Source of the DNA: Microthyrium microscopicum | Lineage: Eukaryota | Assembly: GCA_010405405.1 (NCBI GenBank) | Contig: MU004236.1 | Span: forward strand, 855,457 to 919,456 | Length of the DNA stretch: 64,000 bases | Reading direction: 5' to 3' | In this document: positions 21,510 through 33,089 of the stretch, piece after piece | Layout: each line of letters opens with the position of its first letter | Position numbering within the stretch: position 1 is the first letter of the stretch | Notes under the pieces: model-generated | Seen by the model: the letters and a program-made list of their open reading frames with translations, nothing else | The model's database searches: none | What the model was told of the DNA's origin: nothing | Made by a program: the position numbers and the translations under genes

Positions 21510-24500
21510 CTTGTTCTGCCCTGGTCTGGGTATACCCGTGTGTGGCGAGATAATTGATTGTGTTGTTGATGAGTTCTGCGATAATTGAGATAGCTTTGGT
21601 GGGATTTGTCCCCAGTGACGGCGATGGCTCCCATGAGCGCTAGGTTGGGAGCTGAGATGGTGGTGGATACTTTATGGTACGGGGCTATCCAGAGCAGGCA
21701 GAGTTTCAGGTTACTCAGAGGAGTAGTACTGTATATAGGTGTTACAGGAATAATAGAGCTTGACGGGCGCACGCTGTTATGTTGAACTCTCCCAATTGTT
21801 ATTGCGAGCAGATTGATAAGAGAGAGAGAGGTTTCGCGATAAACCTCAATTAGAAGGCAAAGATTAGGTTTGGTCTATTATTTATCATTGATCGTCTCCA
21901 CCCCAGAAGCACCCATCAGATCAACAAGAAGCTTTTCATCAAATCCCTTGGATAGCTCTCCAGTACCCCGGCCGTCGCCACGTCGTAACGTACCACATTG
22001 ACTTGTAGAAGCTCGAGCCCGTTCGCGATTTGCAAGAACTACGACTCGAAGAAAATGACCAGACCGATGGCATAATTATCATTATGCTTTGTTCTAACCT
22101 CTAAAAACTATTCAATACTCATAACAAGAGGGGCAATAGTGTTCAAAAAGAGGAGCGCTAAAGTCGGCCACCAACGATACTAGCGCAAGTGGAGTGGCCG
22201 TTGAACGCCATTCCAAATGGTTGGCTCCAAAACCCTCTTGTAATTGGTTCGTCGCAACTGTCAAATAAAGAGGCTAGAAACAGTAGGAACAGGGACCAGA
22301 CAGACATCCAACGAATGTGTTATGTGCCAGTCACAGCAACACACTCCTTTTGCGCATATATCTACAGTTGAACTTTACAGAGCAACTGGGTCAAAAGAGA
22401 GCAATCGACAGTGCAAGCAGAAAGCTTCTTCTCCACACCTGGGAATGATGAGACTGCGATCGGACCAGATTGATGTCCCATCGGTGTGAGAGTAGACTAG
22501 GCTCGTCTCGCGTTTAAGATCTTCGACCACATCCGGCACTCTGCCCCCCTGCGGCCCTGCCTGCCAGGGCGGCGCCAAATTCACCTCCCGGTCATGGCTT
22601 TGCGAATCCAAAAGCCTTGCAGATTTGTGTTCAACGTCCTAAATGCAGCAGCTTCTGATGGCCTTGTTGTAGTTGTAGGTAGCTCTTGTACCTTATAATA
22701 TAGGTGGGTATCTTTGAGTCCATAGCTTCCCAACGGTCCTGCCAACGGTCTTGCGAACGGTGGATAGCTCGGTCCCTGAGAAGTTAAGAAAAGGTAGCTT
22801 GGACAAGGGTTGGTCGTTAGCTTAGTATAAGACACGAAACATGATCACCCAGCAAAAGCTTGGAGAATTGTAGACTATTCTTCATGAGAGAAAACTCAAG
22901 TTAGTCAAATAGTTTGAGCTCTGCCTGTCTGCTTGTGTGAGGCTACTAGCCGAATTGGCAGAATCCCCCCCTTCTTGTACAACGAGAAATATCTGCAGGT
23001 GGAGACTTTTCTTCACCGATGGCTTGTCTGTGCCTCTCCAAGTCTGGGCATTTTGGGTACGCTTTCAAAGTGTCGGCCCCAAAAGCACAGGTCCTAGCAT
23101 CTGGGGTACTGTAGGTACTGTTGGAAAAATTCAAAAACTCTCTGTGTGTAAAAAGACTTTTTGCGGCTCTTTCGCTTCACTTGATGATTCAGTAGGTAGG
23201 TATTATTTTGGACAGGTCAGACGCTCATGGCTAATAGCGTCAGGCGGCGGGATGTTTAAGTTGGGGCGGCGATTATGCTGGTCTGTCATTGGATTGTTGG
23301 ATATGTTCAAGTACTTAAAAGGCAACGAATCCAGCGGGGATTTGTCGCCTCGCGCGCGCAGATAGGGTGTGCTCACTGCTGTTGGGACTTGCGTACTCTG
23401 AATTGGACCACGTAACAGCAAAGTCTTGTCTTGGTGCCACGAATGGCAACGGGTTTTGATCTTTTGGTCTAGCAGTATGATATAGCAAATCCAGGCACAT
23501 TGTATGAATATAACTAATCTATATTTTGTTCATCGAGCAATGAAAATTGATGTAATCCATACCCCAAGCACATGGGGATGGTGTCTCGTGCTTGGTGTTG
23601 GAGGAAAGGGTGGCAAGACTGGCAAGTTGGAGCTGGCTAAAAAGCCATGACTTCTAGATGTCGTGTAAACTCCTTTCTCTATTTGAACTGCTCAAAGTAG
23701 GTATATATATGTTTTTCATACAATAGACCAAGCTCATCATATTTGTCTTGCGATATGACCGGTGTTGTTGTCGAATACGGAGTAGTTGAAGCCAAGTGCG
23801 ATGGCTACCATCTGCTACGCTTGTGCGCTTTAAAACCGAGTGCTTTTTCTACTCCAATGTGTAGAAGCGTTGATTTTGCATTGAATGCACTGGATATTGT
23901 ATTAAAGCATCTTCTTTCTAAAGAGTGCGATGGGAGACAGCGTAGTTGATGGGAGAATATGGCAAGACAGTTGATGCAAGAGGCCTGTAAATTATTGGTG
24001 TAAGATCCCTACAGAGGGCAATCCCTGCTTGCCTGCCTGTTGCTGCTACTTAGCTAGTACTAGCTAGTCTTTGGGTGCTGGGTGCTGGGCTGCGACTGCC
24101 TCCCTCCTCTCCTCTCCTCTCAAACCGCAGGTCCTTAGTCCCACTCAGTCCACTCCTTCCTTTCCTCTCACACGCCTCTTGCTCTGCCCTCTATCTTACA
24201 ACTCCCAACTTCTTCAACTCTCTCTCATTTCTCCCTTTCTCCCTTTCTCCCTCCCAACCCACCGCCGTACAAACAACACAACATCACGACATCCCAGACG
24301 GTGCCCTATTTCCCCCAGCTATTCCAAGTCGCATACCTTCCTACCAAAATCTCTCGTCCTTTTTCTGCGCTACTCGCCAACGCCAACTTGTGCCCTACTC
24401 TACAACTGCCTGCCTTCGGAAACCGCCTCAACATCCACGACTTTTGATCCCTCCGTACGCCTCGCTACTTCTTGAAGAACTGGTCGACTTATCTTGTCAT

Positions 24501-24948
24501 CTTCCACTCTCGAGTATTACATTTGGACTGCGCGCTGGCTGTCCGCACGCGCTTCTTTGTTCCCAGTAGATTCGCAAGCCTGAAACATCTTTGCCTCGAG
24601 GAACCAGGCCCGTTTTTCTGTCAGCCAACCCACGTTGCGCGTGACTTCACACTACCAGTACCATATCTGCCATCTTTAAACTCGCCAATCTCTGTCCACA
24701 TCGCTGTCTACGAAATATTCTCGTCTTCGCTATAATTTACGGCTATTATACACGATCTCAACGGTCTAACGCCCAGACTTGAACAGACCCAGAAATCTCG
24801 CGGCTTCATTTGATGCCAGCAGAACAAACTTCGCTTCTGGGGTTCATCCATCGTGCCTTTGCTGCATGAGCTGGAGGACAACTAAAAGTCTCATTCGGTC
24901 TCCTGAGCCGGCCGCTATCAGGAATTAAGTGCACACGCCATAGACATC

Positions 24949-27900
24949 ATGAATCCAGGCTTTCCTCCCGGCGGCATGATGGGCCGCCCTCCCATGCAAC
25001 AGTTTATGGGTATGCAACAAAACCAGCAAATGCAAATGCAAGCGCAACAAGCGCAACAAGCACAACAAGGTCAACAAGGTCAACAAGGTCAACAAGGCCA
25101 AAATCAGGCCAGTCATCAACTCGTGGCTAGTTTAAGGCAGCATATGGCCCAGCTTGATCCCAACTCATGGAAATCGCAAGTTCAACTGCAGGAGAGATTA
25201 ATGAATTTGCAGCAATTGTATGTTCTACTTATCGACTGGTGTACCATCAAATACCAAAAATAGCATGACTAATACTTGTATAGAACCACCCAACTCAAAG
25301 TACTTAAACCAGAGATGCCCACCTTGCAAAATTACAGCTTCTCCTTTGGGAAAGAGAAGGCGGCGCTTGAACAAGCACCTGACCACGTAATTTCACCCTA
25401 CCCCTCTGTTACCATCATATTCTGCTAACACTTTTCCTAGACTTCTTACACAGGCGCCATCAATCAAATTCTCAAACAATTCCAACAACAACGTGCGCAA
25501 GAAGTTGCCAATATGTCGCTAGGTCCGGGTCAACCTCCAAATCAACAACGCGGAATGCAGGCCCCACAAATGCGCCAAAACATGTCGAATAACGGGACAC
25601 CGATTCCACAGGCTTTTAACCCACAGCTTCGTGGTCCTATGCAAGCCTCGCCAATCCCCATGGCTGCGCAAAGCAATGCCATGATGCCCAATACACCCGG
25701 AGCTACCGCCCCTCAAATGCAACAACAGATGTCAATGCAATCGCAAATGCAGGGCGGACAGCAGCCTGCCACCCCGCAGGCCTTCATTGCGCAACTTGCC
25801 CAGAAGCTGCAATTTCAGGCGCAACAAATGGGTCGTCTACCCACCGTGGAAATGGTCGAGCAAGAATGGAATAAACTTCCACGCGAAAATCAAGATGGGT
25901 TCAAGCAGAGAGGCATTGATGCTACCAAATGGTGGTTCCAGATAGAAGCTCGGCGTATGGTTCAATCAGGCATGGTGCGACCGCAACCAACAGGTGCTAT
26001 GGGTCAAATGCAAAACAATGGCAATCCATCTGGATTAGGTGCTCGTCCACAAATGCAACAAGCCAATATGCAACAGCAAATGGCCAATGGACAGCGAATG
26101 GGGCAGAATCCCGAGCTCAACGATTTCAACCAGCTGCTTGGTCAACAAACTGAAGCAATGCGATCTGCTAATGCTGGCCAACAAGTTGTACCAGCAAGCA
26201 ACAACCACCCTCTCTCGATAGGCATGCTAGGTCAAGCCAACGGTCTTGCACAACAAACTACAGGTGGTCCTGGTATGGGAGGAGCGCGCCCTGGCGTAAT
26301 GGGTAATCCGGGTAATGCACTCCAGGCACAGGTCATGCATCAGCAAACTCAGCAGCAGATGGCCCAGCTCCAAAATCGATCACAGGCGATGACTATGGCT
26401 GGACAAATGACATCACAAGGTTCGATGCCACTTTTAACCCAAGCTATAGGACAGCCTGGTCAACAACAGCCTGGAGGCCTTCAGAGACCTATGCAAAACA
26501 TGGGCCAGCAGAATGCTATGGGAAATATGGGCATGCAAAACATGCAACCAGGTCAACAGGGCATGTCAAATGGCGGCTCTTCAATGTCTCCCCAGCAGAT
26601 ACAAAACCGCCTCCGACAAATTCCACCTATTGTGCCCGAAAAAATGAGAAATGCATTGATGGCTATGGGCGAAGATCAGTTTCGAATCTCGCTTCAGTCA
26701 GTAATCCAAAATTTTAGGATGCAACAAGCCATGAACAATGGACAAGGTCCTACTCCTCAACATAATCAGCAAATGCAGAATTTTCCTGGCCAGCCTGGCA
26801 TGATGAGACCACAACCAGGACAACCTGGACCTGGTATGCAAATTCCAACTGGTATGATGGCCAATCAGCCTGTACACCATGGCGCAATACCCCCAGAGCT
26901 AATGCGAAGAATGGACGAAGCGGAGTTCCCACAAACCGTCCTCGCCGCCAACGGTCTTCATAATATCCCTCCACATATCAGAAAGTGGGGTGAATTGAAA
27001 CATCATGTTTCCACTAATCGGCCAGATTATGATGTTAGGCGCATCCAGATGGCACAGATTAATGGATTCACCAGTTTAAGACGGGCCCAGGGATTCGCTG
27101 CACAGGCTGCGCAAAACCCACAGGGCCAACCACGTCAACCTATCAATAATGGTCCTATGAATGGCATGCAGATGGGAAGACCACCTATGAACGTGCAGAA
27201 CATCCAGGTCACGGCTCAAGAAATCCAGCAGTTTAAGATACAGTTCAACTTGCAATCCAAATCGGATGAAGAAGTTCGCGCGCATCTTATGCGGATGAAA
27301 GCTCAACAAGCCCAAAATGCTCAAAATGCTCAGAACGCTCAAAATGCACAAAACGCCCAGCAAATGAATGGATCAATGCATCAATATGGTGGCCAAATGG
27401 GACAACCAAATCAACTCGGCAATCGTCAATCTGCCACTCCGCAACCAGGTATGGCAATGGGTCAGACTGGGCTTGCAACACCACAGTCAGCGATTGCCAA
27501 CAAGCCTCCACCGTCAAACCAAATGGCGACTCCACCTGTTCAACCGCAGCCTCAGAAGATGCTCAAGCGGCCGTCCAGTGATGGAGTTGACGAACTTAGA
27601 AAAGCTTCAAATGCAACCCCACAACCTCCGGCAGCCGTAAAGCAGCAACGTCCTCCAAGTACCACGCCCCAACAAGTACAAGGGCGCTCCCCGGCAGGAT
27701 CGCAAGTCGCTGGTGCTACGGCACGGAAAGACGCTGACGCAAATCAAACTTTCAACCGTCTCGTAAGGGAAGCTCGTTCAGCCGTCCAGTATAACAACAA
27801 CTCCCCTGCATTGAATTTGTCTCCGGAGTCGAGAAGTCAATACCAAACCCTTGTCAACCAGAACAAAAAGTTTTTGCCTGCAATTGACATGATTCTCATG

Positions 27901-29307
27901 GAAAACTTGAAGCTACATGGCAACGAAGCGGATATCCTAAACGCGCTGAAAATCCGGCTCAATCTGTTCACTCAATTTGATCACAAGACGTTGTTGATGA
28001 ATGAGCGAATCAGTATGGAAATTGGCATGTTCAAAAATGGCCTTGACAGACTACGGGAAAAGGCAACAGTGTTCGCGGAATCGAGAAACCGGGTAAAACC
28101 AAAGGTTGAACCGGACACTTCATCGGTCTCGCAGTCCCCAAAGCCTATGAATGGCCAGCGACGAGCAAGTGGAAAAGCTCCACCCGCCCCAACATCTGAA
28201 CGTGGACAAAATACGTTTTTCCCATCTGGCCATCCCTCCCCTGCAGGAGTTCCTACCTACTTTGAAGATACAAAATTGTCGGAGCTCTCAATACCGGCAG
28301 CAAAACGTCAGAAGCGAGCACCAGGTGCTAGCGCAGGCTCTCCAGGTCAAACGGTTGGACAGATTACTTCGCCGCAGATCTCAAAGCCGGCAGTCATTCA
28401 GCAACCCAGCCCACAAGCTACACCCACGCCTATCGCCAAGCCGTTCAAATGTGACAAGTCTGGCTGCCCATTCCAGCAACGCGGCTTCGACACTCAAGTT
28501 GACTTGGATAATCATAAAGCCACACATATTGAAATTCCTGCTGACCCTCTCAAATTTGCTGAAGAAGCATTCTCCAACGCTCTTGGTCTAAATATGGACG
28601 GCACAGTAAAACAGAAAGAGAGACGAGCTGATGGCAAGCCAATTGCAAAGGTTTCCACACCACCAGGCGTGTCTACTCCCACTGCTTCACAAATGAGTCG
28701 TTCCGCAACACAGCCCATTACAAAGACTTCGCCTACCTTCGGTTTACTCAAGGGCAAAGAGACCAAGCCACCAGGCCCTACCTCTGCTCCGAAGGTTGAA
28801 CCCAAGAATGAATCTACAAACAAGGAGAATGATCCATGGGCAGACACAATCTGGTCTCCAACTGCTATCGATGATATCTTCGATATGGAAGCTTTCAGAG
28901 AACCAAATTTTGGCATTGCATCGACTCTCGATTCATCACCGTCAGCACTCACACCTTCGTCAAGCCGGGATTCCTCCAGCAGTGGCTCTCGTGAAAAGAG
29001 TAGCGACATCAATGAGCACGACAAGTTGAATGTCATGATTGCTATGGATGGAATGAAAGATGGCAACGATACGGAGCCTATGCTCTATTCTTTGGGCGAT
29101 TTCACAAATGATCTGGATACTGGCAGCTATTCAGGCATTGGAATCTACCCAACAGATAATAGCGAATTTGCGTCTGGTGACAGCTCGTTACCAATGTTTG
29201 AAGACCTCTTCAACATGGGCGATGATGGCACCAAGACTATCGATCTCAGTAATTGGGAAAATACCTTCGGAGCCCATGTGACAGACTTGGACAGCATGCA
29301 ACTCTGA
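24949..29307 (+). CDS. MED15: Gln/Met-rich transcriptional co-activator, Mediator subunit Med15 (Gal11)-like
   Basis: Exons 24949-25217, 25284-25386 and 25441-29307. KIX-like N-terminal region (WKSQVQLQERLMNLQQL...EKAALEQA), long Q/M/G/P low-complexity region, KAPPAPT motif, and a C2H2-like FKCDKSGC...H..TH near the C-terminus. The gene is certain; the ortholog call is moderate. Confidence 0.7.
25042..25095 (+). repeat. 9-bp coding tandem repeat encoding (AQQ)3(GQQ)3
   Basis: GCGCAACAA x2, GCACAACAA, GGTCAACAA x3. A second degenerate (AQN)n array lies at about 27301-27360. Confidence 0.85.
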
Positions 29308-30517
29308 TGCCAATCCGCGAATTTTATGCCAGCCTTGAAAGGTCTTGATGGTATATTTGCATGTATATGACTAAGACGTTTGGAACGCAGGCCCGCTTGT
29401 CATCCATCTTTACGCATTCACGATCACTCCGGAACAACCAAAAAGTTGGGTACGAACTTTTTCACGGAGGCATTTTCTTTTACTGGCTCACAGGCGTTTC
29501 AGCAAGATTCGAGAGCAACTCGAAAAATCATACGACATCGGCATTTTCTATTGCCCAGGAATTCTTTTCAATTATTTTTTCAAACGATGAACTGCATGCT
29601 GTTTATGTAAAGCCTAGGACTCTCTACGATGCCCTTGGGCTACTTTTTCTTCACTTTATATTCTGCATTAGTCTTGGCCGGCGGTTGAATTTGTCTGTTT
29701 GTTTTTTCCTCTTTGACATATTGCTGGTTCATGTTTAGGCTTTGTGCTCTTTCACGGATGGATGCTTGGTTTCTCGATCGATAATACCCTTTTCTCATAG
29801 TGTTTGGTCAAGGGAGGAAAACTATTGTATTTATGGTTATGGGACGTTTTGAGCATGGAAAGAGAAACTACATTGGGATGAGGATTTGTAACTGTATGTC
29901 GTGTGGGATTTTGAAGCTTTTGTCTGAACATAAAAGAAATGAATCGACTACCGTTCTTCTCTTTAAATGATTCTTTGCTTTCAGTGAAACTCACTGCTGT
30001 AAGATTTCCATCGACTAATCTTCAAAAACTATATATATCTTATCATTTGAGTTACCACCCGATCTAATCTAGCTAGGCTCGCTCACCTGTATATTATGCA
30101 CAGACCCCCGCCACTTTCACCCGTGGTCGCAACATCCTCAAAGTCTGTTCACTTCGCAACCACCGCCAATAATTTCCAACACTTTATACTTTGTCGCCAA
30201 TACATCCTTCAATCTACCAGCTTCACCTTACGCTGTTACGAACTCCGGCTACAACCGTGGCGTCCTCGGCCTTGTCTTACATAGGCCAAACATTTGGCTA
30301 CAAAACCACACCGCAAAAGCCAGAAAGCTGGTGGGCCCAAGTCGAATTACTTGCCCATCGGTTATCTGCTTCGCTTCCTTTTCAGCGGCCTGTTCAACCC
30401 GAGAGTACTTTGGTCGACAAGGCTAAAAACCTTCTCACCGAATTAGACTCTTCACCAGGCGTATCCTCTACTATCTCGACGCTGATCCTCACCCTTCTCG
30501 TGGGTCTCACTATCTTC

Positions 30518-31450
30518 ATGTCCTGGTCATCTCGCTTCGGCGCCTGGGGATCTAAAATCAGTCCATTCGGCCGACCCTCACCAAATAGTGGGGACGCACA
30601 AGTCACAGATCAAGATTTTAGCTACATAACGACAGATGACATTAAACGCTCGGAACAGGAGGCCAAGGCTACACGACCGCCCCGCGATACAGATGCTCTC
30701 TGCCTAAAACACAAGCGCATCAGCTATCCAGTTCACTTTCCAGCATACAGCATCGACGATGGCGAACTCACGATCGGCAAGATACGCGAAGCTGCAGCGC
30801 GTCGAGTAGAGCTGCCCGTATCCGAGGCAAGCCGCATAAAACTTTTCTACAAGGGCAAAAATCTCAAAGAAGATTCGAGAACGGCCAAGGAAGAGGGAAT
30901 GGTCAGCGAGTCTCAACCGGAGATTCTTCTCGTGCTTGGCGACAAGATTACACAGCCTGAGAGTGAATCGGATGAGGAAGAAGAGGAGGCCACTGCTGGA
31001 GGCAAGAAGAAGAGAAAGTCACGTAAGCGGAAAAAGAAGTCTCGTACTTCTGGCACCGCGACTCCAGAGGCATCGAATACTTCATCGCGCTCTACGCCGC
31101 TTCCTGATGCTACGTTTGCAGCTTACGCAGCACCACCACCACGGCCAACTGCCGCACCTGCTGCGCCAAAAGCTGCTTCAAGTCCTATCGAGAAGATCGA
31201 TGCACTTGCGTCTACTTTTCACACTAGCTTTGTGCCAAATTGCATCAAGTTTCTATCGAGTCCTCCGGAAGACGCCTCGAAGCGCGATTTCGATCACAAG
31301 CGGCTTACCGAGACCATTCTTGCCCAGATACTGCTGAAGCTCGATGCGGTAGAGACGGAAGGTGACATGGATGCCAGAACACGGCGCAAAGAATTGGTGA
31401 AGGAAGTTCAGGGAATGCTGAACCAACTGGACGAAGTAATGAAGAAGTAG
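30518..31450 (+). CDS. BAG-domain Hsp70 nucleotide-exchange factor with ubiquitin-like domain; probable GUG-initiated longer isoform from 30257
   Basis: UBL region (IKLFYKGKNLK), acidic and basic tracts, and a C-terminal BAG domain (HKRLTETILAQILLKLDAVETEGD..ARTRRKELVKEVQ..LNQLD). The first ATG is at 30518 (MSWSSRF), but the frame is open from 30173. Confidence 0.9.
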   Translation: MSWSSRFGAWGSKISPFGRPSPNSGDAQVTDQDFSYITTDDIKRSEQEAKATRPPRDTDALCLKHKRISYPVHFPAYSIDDGELTIGKIREAAARRVELPVSEASRIKLFYKGKNLKEDSRTAKEEGMVSESQPEILLVLGDKITQPESESDEEEEEATAGGKKKRKSRKRKKKSRTSGTATPEASNTSSRSTPLPDATFAAYAAPPPRPTAAPAAPKAASSPIEKIDALASTFHTSFVPNCIKFLSSPPEDASKRDFDHKRLTETILAQILLKLDAVETEGDMDARTRRKELVKEVQGMLNQLDEVMKK

Positions 31451-31719
31451 ACTACATCAGCGACGGCGCAGGTGTTACTGGATATAGACTGGCTGGCTGA
31501 GTTATTTGAATCGATTATGTGATCGTATCCGCTTCATGTTCTAAATTACCCCATGTTATGATTAACGATCCATGTGTTACGTAGGCTTTCAAATTGGATA
31601 TCATTTGCATCGTAACTTCATAAATCTCATCTACATAAGACATAACTTCATACCACCGCGTGATCTACCGCCCATGGACACCGCTCGAATCATCTCCCGG
31701 CCCATCTCATCCCATCCTT

Positions 31720-32577
31720 CTACTCCGCCTCACACTGCACCGTAACCGAACACCGTAAATCAATCTCCTCCGGCTCAAAATTCAACTTCTCCTCCCCTCC
31801 TGCCGGTCTCGTCGACCCAAATAAACTCGCCTGCCCAAACGCTCCACCGCCAGCACCTACACTCCGCATCCCCGTCCCACCACCACTATTGCCAAACAAT
31901 CCTCCTCCTCCACCACTATTGCCAAACAATCCTCCTCCACCACCACCACCACCACCAAACCCTCCCCCTCCGCCAAACAAACTCGCCGATCCACTGCCAC
32001 TCATGCTCACCACACGCACATCCCGCTTCCCCACAGCCGCCGCATAGTCCCGCGCTTGCGCCAGCGCATCCTGCACCGCGAGCGTGCGACTCTGACTCGC
32101 GAGTCGAGTTTTCGTCGCGTCAGAAAGTTGCCAACTAACACTCCGTATCGTAACATGCGGTAATGTCGCCAGGTCCGAAAGAACCGTAGCCAATTTCGCA
32201 AAGTCGCGAAATCGTATATCGATGTTTGTACTCGCTGTATATTGTGCGACTTTATGATGTTCTGTTTGCCCTCCAGTCTGGTTTGCCGTGGGCGTCGTGG
32301 GGACGTATATGAAATATGAGCCTGTTGCGAGTGTGCTCATGCTCCATTTTGTGATTGCTGGTTCGGGGGCGGTTGGGTTGGCGGGGTTGGCGGCTTCGGT
32401 GGTGGGTTGGGAGAGACTGCGGAGTCCGGTTTGGATTTTGTTGGTGGTGTTTGTTACGGCGGCGATTGTTTTGGATTGGGTGGGGCCGGAGGTTGAGACT
32501 GTGACGGTTACGTGGGCGCGTTCGGCGCGGTGGGTTTGTGTTGATGTGCCGGTTACGTTTATTGTTATGGGTGGCAT
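31720..32577 (-). CDS. SIMPL / DUF541 domain protein with a Gly/Phe-Gly low-complexity insertion
   Basis: MPPITINVTGTS..AERAHVTV, YTASTNIDIRFRDF, VSWQLSD, AVQDALAQARDYAAAVG and terminal FEPEEIDLRCSVTVQCEAE match the SIMPL layout. ATG at 32577 has ACAATG context. Intronless. Confidence 0.85.
   Translation of the reverse strand: MPPITINVTGTSTQTHRAERAHVTVTVSTSGPTQSKTIAAVTNTTNKIQTGLRSLSQPTTEAANPANPTAPEPAITKWSMSTLATGSYFIYVPTTPTANQTGGQTEHHKVAQYTASTNIDIRFRDFAKLATVLSDLATLPHVTIRSVSWQLSDATKTRLASQSRTLAVQDALAQARDYAAAVGKRDVRVVSMSGSGSASLFGGGGGFGGGGGGGGGLFGNSGGGGGLFGNSGGGTGMRSVGAGGGAFGQASLFGSTRPAGGEEKLNFEPEEIDLRCSVTVQCEAE
31880..31939 (-). repeat. 30-bp tandem duplication encoding GGGLFGNSGG
   Basis: CCACCACTATTGCCAAACAATCCTCCTCC(T/A) occurs twice in tandem on the + strand. 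Confidence 0.9.
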
Positions 32578-33089
32578 TGTGGTCGCGAGGGGGGGAATCC
32601 TTGGGCGCGGAGGGTGGTGGGAGCGAGCGGAGGGGAGTGGTGATAGAGTAGGTTTGAAAGGGGAGTTGATGCTGAAGTTGAGGTTGAATGTCGCGAGAGA
32701 CAAATCGGGATTGGTGTCGATCACGGAAGATGCCGACTACATCTCCGACAGCCGGTGACTTTCTGCATCAATATCTTTTCCTAATTGCGAAACTTTGCTG
32801 GTTTTCGACAAGATATCCATGAGGTTTAACGAGTACTTTAAAATCATGGTATATCGTACAAAATGCAGCCTGATATGGATCCAGGGAGATGCCCACCAAC
32901 CACACTCGCTGCTGCGGTCACGCATCCAATTGGGCCATATCAGATACAATATTGTGGCTTAGACCCCAGTCAACAGAGATGCATACAACAGCCGGCCTCA
33001 AATTGATACACCATTCATCTTCATGCCTTCTCACGGTGTTCAAGGAAGCTCACGACGTGTCGTGACAAACACAAAACTCGGCGACGAAC

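Noticed and set aside
20100..21800. Identification of the structured region as telomerase RNA, SRP, U1/U2, snR30, RNase P/MRP or a hammerhead ribozyme
   Set aside because: No TAACCCTAA-type template on either strand, and only fragmentary motif matches (GGAGCAGG, GGCTAAGA, AAACCAT) without the required context.
32578..32724. GTG-started extension of the SIMPL ORF shown in the ORF track
   Set aside because: Poor start context and a UTR-like C-rich composition; the ATG at 32577 has good context.
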